From Candidatus Latescibacterota bacterium (GTDB taxonomy: Bacteria; Latescibacterota; UBA2968): DNA of 64,000 bases. The DNA lies in the NCBI GenBank assembly GCA_965204745.1, contig OZ242010.1:3136001-3200000 (forward strand). The letters are read 5' to 3'. Every line of letters begins with the position of its first letter. Positions within the stretch are counted from its first letter, which is position 1. The notes under the pieces are model-generated. The model was not told the origin of the DNA. It did no database searches and worked only from the letters and a program-made list of their open reading frames with translations. Below are positions 56,731 through 64,000 of this stretch, piece after piece. The translations under genes and the position numbers were made by a program.

Positions 56731-58143
56731 TTATGACTCGAGATATGCGCGGAGGTGTTTGAGGGCGCGGCCCGTGTCGATTGCGGATCGTGCCTGTCGA
56801 ATTGCATCGCGGGGATCGGGATTGAAACCGAGGAGGTGATCCGTCATCGCCGCGTTGAGTACGATGCGGTCGTACACAGGGCCTTTTTCCCCGGAAAGCG
56901 CGGCCATGCCCAAGGCCGCAAAAGCCTGGGCACTGACCGCTTTGGGGCGCGGGTTTTGCGCGTAGAAAAAGCCGTACGCGGCCGGGTCGATATCGAGGGC
57001 AAATGTTTGATCTGCGCGAAAGCCCTGTGAAAAATTGATGGCATTGCGCCGTTTGTCCGTGGGTTTTCCCAAGCGCAGGGAAAAATGGCTGCTGCCCTCC
57101 TCGCCCTTGATCGCCACCGCAGATGTGAACCCGGTTTCGCGGGCGATCTTCAGCAGGGGGACTTCGTATCCCGAATGGTAGTACCCGATGACCATGTGGT
57201 TGCTGCCGGCGCAGGTGAATAGTTGTTGCGCCTTTTCCGTGGCAGACCACGGGGGGCGTTTGCCGATGTGGGCGCGCAGGTCGCGGGCCGCGTACGCGTT
57301 GGGGGCGTATTCGCGCTGGCTGATGTACGCAAAGCCGATGTCGGGATTTTCGAGGCGTTCTGCGGCTTCTGCGAGTGACAAATTGGTGCGGGCGTTGAGG
57401 GCATTGAGAATCTGCTCGTCGGTCACGCCCCATTTGGGCGGCATGGCATCCACGCCGTGAAGCACAGAGGCTCGCGCGAGGGCCGCGCGCAGGGCCGCGA
57501 CGAACAAGGTGGGTTTGAAATACCGGGTCGAGCCGTTATAGGGCTGACCGAAATGCGTGAGGTTCTCGACCTTTGCCACTCGGACGCATTCGGGCGCGAA
57601 CCCCGAGTGGAGGTACCCGCGCACCTCATCGTAGGATTCGCGGTTCATGCGCTGGCCTATCAATGCGGCTCCTTTGAGGCTACCGCGCACCCGATCCGAG
57701 AGAATCGCTTCGCACATCAGGCGCGTGCGGCGATACGCGAGATGCCCTCCGCGGAGAATGGTCTTCAGCGCGGAAATGACGAGTTGTTCTTCGGGCGATT
57801 CTGCGGGACAGCGATCCGCATAGCCGAAAATGTATTGCAGGTCCGGGGGCAGGTGGGCTTGCAAGCGGTTGCGATAGTGCTGAAACGCATGGTCTTCTGC
57901 CGCGCTCCAACCCGTCTTGGCAGGGTATGCACGCCGCAGGCGCATCGCAGCAAAAAACGCCCCCATCTGCACCGCCGAGACCGGGTGACGCGCCGCGTTT
58001 TGCAGGGTATCGAGGATGGCTTCCAACACGGGTTGCGGTTGCGGGTCATCCGGTTTCACGCCCAAAGGCCGGGATTGCGTGGGGCCTGTACACACACGCG
58101 CTTGGGCTTCGAGGACCAGGGGATTGGGATCGAATTGGGTCAT
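56731..58143 (-). CDS. Anthranilate phosphoribosyltransferase-like protein (glycosyltransferase family 3)
   Basis: QMGAFF, GQPYNGSTR, LHGVDAMPPKWG, LRAHIGKRPP, IKGEEGS. Confidence 0.75.
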   Translation of the reverse strand: MTQFDPNPLVLEAQARVCTGPTQSRPLGVKPDDPQPQPVLEAILDTLQNAARHPVSAVQMGAFFAAMRLRRAYPAKTGWSAAEDHAFQHYRNRLQAHLPPDLQYIFGYADRCPAESPEEQLVISALKTILRGGHLAYRRTRLMCEAILSDRVRGSLKGAALIGQRMNRESYDEVRGYLHSGFAPECVRVAKVENLTHFGQPYNGSTRYFKPTLFVAALRAALARASVLHGVDAMPPKWGVTDEQILNALNARTNLSLAEAAERLENPDIGFAYISQREYAPNAYAARDLRAHIGKRPPWSATEKAQQLFTCAGSNHMVIGYYHSGYEVPLLKIARETGFTSAVAIKGEEGSSHFSLRLGKPTDKRRNAINFSQGFRADQTFALDIDPAAYGFFYAQNPRPKAVSAQAFAALGMAALSGEKGPVYDRIVLNAAMTDHLLGFNPDPRDAIRQARSAIDTGRALKHLRAYLES

Positions 58144-58579
58144 AAAAAAACTTATGACGCAAACGCGGCGTTGTCAAGGGAAAGGGAAGACGTGAGATGG
58201 GAGAGGGGAGAAGCAAGAGGGGAGAGGCAAGAGGGGAGAAGGCCACCGCGCTGTTCCTCAAGTTGTCAGTTGTCAATGCGAATTAAGAGTAGAAAGCGAG
58301 TAAGAAGCAAGCCGCGGTCAATCATCCAAAGACCTGAACGAGTCATCCATTATAGAATCCCCCTTGAACTTGTCTTAAAACGAACGATGGATGCCCCTCC
58401 TCCGGCTCTTTCCCGCAACGGAGAGATGTTATTCCCCCTTGTATCTTCCTCGTAGGCACAGGCGTAGCCTACAACGAAGCGTAGCGAGTAACGGGGCTAG
58501 TGGGTAGGTTCCAATTCCAAAAAGTAAAGCCCGAGTTCCCTGTGAACCCGGGCTTTTGTTTTTTCGCGTCTTTCGTCGT

Positions 58580-58780
58580 TCAGCCTGTCGAGCCAAAGCT
58601 ATCGGCGAAGATGAGGAAATCGGAGAATCCAATCTCGCCATCGCCATTGAGATCGCACCGGGCGTCATATCGCTCCTGTCCGAGCCGCGATCCAAACTTA
58701 TCCGCAAAGGTCAAGAAGTCGGCGAAATTCACATTGCCATCGCCATTGCCATCTGTGGCGGTCAAGGAATAGGCTTTCAT
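58580..58780 (-). CDS. Small dockerin/EF-hand-like module overlapping the adhesin stop (ATGA)
   Basis: DGNGDGNVNFADFLTFADKFG...YDARCDLNGDGEIGFSDFLIFADSFG. Confidence 0.6.
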   Translation of the reverse strand: MKAYSLTATDGNGDGNVNFADFLTFADKFGSRLGQERYDARCDLNGDGEIGFSDFLIFADSFGSTG

Positions 58781-61700
58781 TGGAAGTGGGAGTCGGGATA
58801 GAGGCTTCGGATGTAGGGTTCAATGGCTTGAGCGGTCGTGCGCGTGGCAGTTGGCTCGATGACGTTCCCTCTGACGAGGGCCTCGTTCCGGAAGAAGAGG
58901 ACATATCGAATGATCAGGATTATATCAGAGAACAGTCTCACATCGCCATCGCCATCCACATCGAGAATGTTCTGATTGACCAACGTGTCGAGGTAGGGTT
59001 CAATTTCTTGAGCGGTCTTGCGCGTGGCAGTTGGCTCGATGACGTTCCCTCTGAGGAGGGCCTCGTTCCGGAAGAAGAGGACATATCGAATGACCAGGAT
59101 TATATCCGAGAACAATCTCACCCGGCCATCGCCATCCACATCCAAGTTGGCACTCGGGGTTTCGTCATCGGTCAGGGTCAGGGTTACGGGCGAAGGACCG
59201 GTGATGCCTTGGGCGTTGTTTGCGGTTGCAGACACGCTGACCGTCTTCTCGTCCGCCCGGTCGTCGTTGTCCATGGCGGTGATCGTCACGGTGCCTGTGC
59301 TCGTTGTGGTCGTCGCCGCGATGATCAGCGTGTCTGCACTCGATAGCGTGAAGTCGCTCGCAGTCGCAGGGGACACAGGCGTAGCAGAGACCGTGATCGT
59401 CGTGATCGCGCTCGATGGGTGCGATAGGGTCGCCGTGATCGTGGAAACCTCGCCGTTTTCCGAAATCGACGAGGGTGTGAGCACCAACGTCACGGTCGGT
59501 GCTTCGTCATCGTCGGTCGTCGTCACCGGAACGTCCTCGTCCGAAAGGTCGTTGTAGTTGGTATCGCCGCTTGACAGGGCGAGTCGCACCGCCCAGGTGA
59601 CGTCCCCGTCGTCGATGATGTCGTCTTGCCCGGTCACGGTCACGGTTTGTGCCGTGTTATAGCCTGACGTCGTGAAGGTCAGCATCGCAGGCTCAACCCG
59701 CCCCTCGCTCGGGTCTTGGCTCGTCACCGAAATCGTCACCGCCGCCGTGGGTTGCGTCAGCAGGGCCACCGTGAAGGTCGCCGAGCCACCGGCCTCTGTC
59801 GCCTGCCCGGTCACCGCGCTGATGTCCAAGCCGAAATCGTTATCGCGGTTGACCATGTACACGATGATCGCGGAGAGCGCGTCGTAGTTGGTGTCCTGCG
59901 TATCCGTCTGGTTCACCGAAAGGGTGACCGTATAGTTCTGGTTGCCATCGACGGCGGCGGGAGTATCGTCCTGCCCGGTCACGGTCACGGTTTGCGCCGT
60001 GCTCCATGTTGTCGATGAGAAGGTCAGCACCGAGGGCGATACAGTGCCTTCCGTCGTGTCTGAACTGACCACCGAGAGTGCCACGTTCCCCGTCGGCTCG
60101 GAGGCGAGCGTGACCGTGAAGGTCTCTGCCCTGCCCGACTCTGTCGTGTGGAGCCTGACCGTCGTCGTGGTCATCGCCGACACCTCAATCGCCGCCTCGT
60201 CGTCATCGGTGATCGTCAGCGACGTAGCCTGCACGGTGCCCGCGCCGTGGTCGTTCTCCACAGCGGCGGTCTGCACCATCACCGCGTTGTCTGATGCGTC
60301 TATGTCGTTGTCCACGGCGGTGAGTGCCACCGTGTCCGACGCGTTCGCCGTGCTCCCAGCCGCGATGGTGATCGTCGAATCCGACCCCACTGTGTAGGCA
60401 TTCGCCACCGGGCGCACCGTGATCGTTGTCGCCGCGCTCGATGGGTGTGTCAGCGTCGCCGTCACCGTGCTCACGCCGCCGGCCTCCGAGATGGACGCGG
60501 GCGACAGCATTAGTGTCACGTCCGGCGCGGCGTCATCGTCTGTGATCGTCAAAGCCGTGCCGGTCACACTGCCTGCGCCTTGGTCATTGCTCACCGGAAC
60601 AGACACGGTCACGTCGCGATTAGGCGCGTCTTGGGTGTTGTTCACCGCTGTAATGACCACGGTATCCGTCGCGTTCGCCGTACTCCCTGCCGCGATGGTG
60701 ATCGTCGAATCCGACCCCACCGTGTAAGCACCCGCCACCGGGCGCACCGTGATTGTCGTGATCGCGCTCGACCGATGCGACAGCGTCGCCGTGATCGTCG
60801 AAACACCGCCGGTCTCTGCAATCGACGCGGGCGACAGCGTCAGTGCCACATCCGGCGCGGCCTCATCGTCTGTGATCGTCAGGATCACGGCAGACGATAG
60901 CGACGCCCCATTGCCACCTGCCACCGTTGCAGACACGGTCACGCGCTTGTCCGGCGCATCGGTCGTGTCGTTCACCGAGGTGATCGTCACGGCGCCCGTG
61001 CTCGTCGTCACATTCGCCGCGAAGGTCAGCGTGGTCGCGGTCGATAGCGTAAAATCGCCCGCAACCGCAGGGGCCACCGGGGTCGCTGAAACCGTGACCG
61101 TCGTCGCCACGGTTGCAACGCGATCTAGCGTCGCCGTGATCGTGGAAATCTGGGCATTCTCCGTAATTGACGCAGGAGTCAAAACCAACGTCACCTGCGC
61201 CACTTCGTCATCGATAATCGTCAGCGTCGCATCAGTGACCGATCCCGTGCCTATGCTGTTGCCCGCCGTGCTCGACACGGTCACCGTCTTGTTCCCCGAA
61301 GATATGCTGTTGTCCACCGTCCTGATCGTCACGGTGCCCGTGCTCATCGTTTGCCCCGCCGCGACGGTCAGCGTGGCCGGCGTACTCAGCATGTAGTCGC
61401 CCGGAACCGCAGGCGACACAGCCGACGCTGAAACCGTGATCGTCGTCGTCGCGCTCGACGTGTGAGACAGGGTCGCAGTCACGGTCGAGACGCCGCCGTT
61501 CTCTGAAATCGACGCAGGCGATAAAACCATCGTCACGTCCGGCGCAACGTCGTCGTCCGTCAGCGTCAAAGCCGCACCGGTCACACTGCCCACGCCTTGG
61601 CTGTTGTGCGCCACACCGGACACGGTCACGTCGCGATTAGGCGCGTCTTGGGGATTGTTCACCGCTGTGATGACCACAGTGTCCGACGCGTTAATCGTGT

Positions 61701-64000
61701 CCCCGGCCGCGATGGTGATCGTCGTATCCGCCCCCACCGTGTAAGCACCCGCCACAGGACGCACCGTGATCGTCGTCGCCGTGCTCGATGGACGCGATAG
61801 CGACGCCGTGACCGTCGAAACCGCGCCGTTCTCCGAAATCGACGCCGGTGACGCCGCCAACGTCGCTGTCGGTGCAGGGTCGTCGTCGTCCAGCGTCAAA
61901 GTCGCCTCGGTCACACTGCCCACGCCTTGGGCGTTGTCTGCCACAACGGACATGTCCACGTCGCGATTAGGCGCGTCTTGGGTATTGTCCACCGCTGTGA
62001 TGACCACCGTATCCGTCGCGTTCGCCGTGCTCCCGGCTGCAATGGTGATCGTCGAATCCGCTGCCACCGTGTAAGCCCCCGCCACCGGGCGCACCGTGAT
62101 CGTCGTTGCCGCGCTCAACGGGTGTGCCAGCGTCGCGGTCACGGTGCTCATCCCGCCGCTTTCCGAGATCGACGAGGGCGTCAGTGCCAACGTCACTCTC
62201 GCGGGTTGGAACTGAAATTGCACGGTGGTATCCATGCCGGCATACTTCAAGGCCGGATACTGATCCATCGTGCCAAAGGTCCACGGATCGTCGTTGCCGG
62301 GTTGTCCGTCGAGGTTGGCGTTCCAGCCGTAGTAGGTGTCGTTGGTGGTGGCGCCGTAGGTGGTGGGGCTCTGGAGCTCGCTGGCGGTCTTGCCGACAAC
62401 GCCGCTACCGCCGGCACTGGTGGTCTGACCGCTGGTGGAGGTGTCCCAGTGGCTATCGGTCACTGTGCCAGACGAACTGCCCACCAAACCGCCTTTCGTG
62501 CCGGTACCCGTGACTGCGCCTATCGCGTAGCTGGCGGTCACGCTACCGCCGCTCGCGAGTGAACCCACCAACCCGCCGCCCACCGCGCTGCTGTGTCCAG
62601 CGAACACAGAGCCCAGCGCGTAAGACGCCACCACCTCGGTCTGATCGGTCAGCCAACCCACCAACCCGCCAGCCAGCCCGTCACTCGTCACAGACGCAGG
62701 AACCCGCACAGAGACGAGCGCGTAGCTGCTCACAATGCGGTTGCTGCCCGAAGTGCGATAAGACCGACCGACCAAACCACCCACACCCCACCGCGACCCC
62801 GAAACGCGACCCGTCACATAACACGACGAGATGGTGCCACCACCACCTTGATTACCGGCCAGACCACCCACGCGGTCAGCACCGGTCACATTCACATTCA
62901 ACAACCCCAATCCCGAAACATCGCCATCAACTGCATGGAACAATCCTGTATTATGCCGAGACCCCCGGTCGATGAACAAGTGGGAGATCGTCTTGTTGTT
63001 GCCTTTGAACGTGCCGCCGTAAGGCCCCACAGGGTCCCAGCCGGCACCGCCATTCCAGTAGGTGGTGTCTGCTTGGGTGATCGCGCCGTCGTTGTTCTCG
63101 TCAAAGTCCAAGTTGTTGAGCAGTTCGTAGCCGATGCAACCTGTGGAAGGACACCCCTTGCTCGCTGACAAGTTCCCGTTGGGAAAGGCGGCGTTGTAGG
63201 TCATGGCATCACTATCGGCGACGACCCCATCGCCATTGAGATCCCAGCGCATGGCATGCAGTTGGGCCAAGGTCGAGACCTCGAGGAGGCCATCGCTATC
63301 CGTGTCGTAATGCACGGGTTGGGTAGCGAACTGCGCCGTGGTGTCCAGGCCGGCAAACTTCAAGGCCGGATACTGATTCGTCGTGCCAAAGGTCCAGGGA
63401 TCATCATCGTTGGCCCCCGAAGCATCTATGGTCAGATCGTCCCAGTTGGCATAGATGCCGCTCGCAGACGTGACCGATTGTAAGTCGGAGGTCAACTTGC
63501 CCTCCGGCGCAACAGTATCGCTATCATCGGCAATGTCGCTTGTTTGCGTGTCCCAGTAGCTATCGGTCACTGTACCTGAGTTTTCCGCCAGCCCATGCTT
63601 GTGCAGGCAGGCCCCCGTTACTGAGCCTGTTGAGTAGCTCGACGCTATCGTCGCACCGGCACCATTGGCACCCACCAACCCGCCGCCAGTGGCCCACGGC
63701 CCCGACTGATTGCACACCACAGACGCCATGGCGTAACTCGCCACGATGTACGACCCCCTCTGAGTGGCGCCCGCCAACCCGCCGACATTGGTGTTCGCCG
63801 TGACCGACCCCGTGACGTAACTCGCCGCGATCCGACCCTTGTTCAGACCCACCAGCGCGCCCACCGTGCCCTGACCCGTATTGATCACCGCGTTGACCAA
63901 CCCCAAAGAGCGGATGTGGGCAGTGGTGTCCGTGCTTGCGAAAAATCCCGAAAAGTTGACGTAGCGGTTGATGTACAGGTGGGAGATCCTCTTGCCGTTG
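58777..64000 (-). CDS. Giant surface protein (5' end beyond window): GLUG repeats, long Thr-rich Ig-like stalk, duplicated dockerin-like tail
   Basis: Frame open to the window edge; repeated LSPASISE.GG.STVTATL...LTITDDD units; tail near-identical to 16180-20703. Confidence 0.88.
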   Translation of the reverse strand, partial: NGKRISHLYINRYVNFSGFFASTDTTAHIRSLGLVNAVINTGQGTVGALVGLNKGRIAASYVTGSVTANTNVGGLAGATQRGSYIVASYAMASVVCNQSGPWATGGGLVGANGAGATIASSYSTGSVTGACLHKHGLAENSGTVTDSYWDTQTSDIADDSDTVAPEGKLTSDLQSVTSASGIYANWDDLTIDASGANDDDPWTFGTTNQYPALKFAGLDTTAQFATQPVHYDTDSDGLLEVSTLAQLHAMRWDLNGDGVVADSDAMTYNAAFPNGNLSASKGCPSTGCIGYELLNNLDFDENNDGAITQADTTYWNGGAGWDPVGPYGGTFKGNNKTISHLFIDRGSRHNTGLFHAVDGDVSGLGLLNVNVTGADRVGGLAGNQGGGGTISSCYVTGRVSGSRWGVGGLVGRSYRTSGSNRIVSSYALVSVRVPASVTSDGLAGGLVGWLTDQTEVVASYALGSVFAGHSSAVGGGLVGSLASGGSVTASYAIGAVTGTGTKGGLVGSSSGTVTDSHWDTSTSGQTTSAGGSGVVGKTASELQSPTTYGATTNDTYYGWNANLDGQPGNDDPWTFGTMDQYPALKYAGMDTTVQFQFQPARVTLALTPSSISESGGMSTVTATLAHPLSAATTITVRPVAGAYTVAADSTITIAAGSTANATDTVVITAVDNTQDAPNRDVDMSVVADNAQGVGSVTEATLTLDDDDPAPTATLAASPASISENGAVSTVTASLSRPSSTATTITVRPVAGAYTVGADTTITIAAGDTINASDTVVITAVNNPQDAPNRDVTVSGVAHNSQGVGSVTGAALTLTDDDVAPDVTMVLSPASISENGGVSTVTATLSHTSSATTTITVSASAVSPAVPGDYMLSTPATLTVAAGQTMSTGTVTIRTVDNSISSGNKTVTVSSTAGNSIGTGSVTDATLTIIDDEVAQVTLVLTPASITENAQISTITATLDRVATVATTVTVSATPVAPAVAGDFTLSTATTLTFAANVTTSTGAVTITSVNDTTDAPDKRVTVSATVAGGNGASLSSAVILTITDDEAAPDVALTLSPASIAETGGVSTITATLSHRSSAITTITVRPVAGAYTVGSDSTITIAAGSTANATDTVVITAVNNTQDAPNRDVTVSVPVSNDQGAGSVTGTALTITDDDAAPDVTLMLSPASISEAGGVSTVTATLTHPSSAATTITVRPVANAYTVGSDSTITIAAGSTANASDTVALTAVDNDIDASDNAVMVQTAAVENDHGAGTVQATSLTITDDDEAAIEVSAMTTTTVRLHTTESGRAETFTVTLASEPTGNVALSVVSSDTTEGTVSPSVLTFSSTTWSTAQTVTVTGQDDTPAAVDGNQNYTVTLSVNQTDTQDTNYDALSAIIVYMVNRDNDFGLDISAVTGQATEAGGSATFTVALLTQPTAAVTISVTSQDPSEGRVEPAMLTFTTSGYNTAQTVTVTGQDDIIDDGDVTWAVRLALSSGDTNYNDLSDEDVPVTTTDDDEAPTVTLVLTPSSISENGEVSTITATLSHPSSAITTITVSATPVSPATASDFTLSSADTLIIAATTTTSTGTVTITAMDNDDRADEKTVSVSATANNAQGITGPSPVTLTLTDDETPSANLDVDGDGRVRLFSDIILVIRYVLFFRNEALLRGNVIEPTATRKTAQEIEPYLDTLVNQNILDVDGDGDVRLFSDIILIIRYVLFFRNEALVRGNVIEPTATRTTAQAIEPYIRSLYPDSHFQ

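Overview
GC-rich bacterial chromosomal window. Sulfatases, a GH29 fucosidase, several Gfo/Idh/MocA, PhyH and 2-hydroxyacid dehydrogenase genes, a DUF6785-type membrane protein, dockerin-like 'FADFL' domains and GLUG/Calx-beta surface proteins suggest a Latescibacterota/Gemmatimonadota-like organism, possibly a sponge symbiont (inference). It holds catabolic operons, a sigma54-promoter/ECF-sigma/MacB-type exporter locus, a scattered aromatic amino acid cluster (tyrA, half-size aroA, aroE, aroK, aroB, with argS, ubiE, purF) interrupted by toxin-antitoxin debris, two giant convergent surface proteins sharing near-identical segments, and a dense nested set of intergenic repeats. The best-supported discovery is a complete IS110 element (55156-56447) whose bridge-RNA guides, CT core, donor, circle-junction promoter and target can all be read from the sequence; it targets the genome's purine-rich heptamer repeats, and an empty exact target lies at 58225-58238. 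Other highlights: two 26-37 nt micro-cassettes with filled and empty sites inside other repeats, a catalytically degenerate single-lobe AroA, and a TrpD-like protein resembling a plant plastid protein. No CRISPR array, rRNA or tRNA was seen. All family assignments are by motif recognition, not database search.
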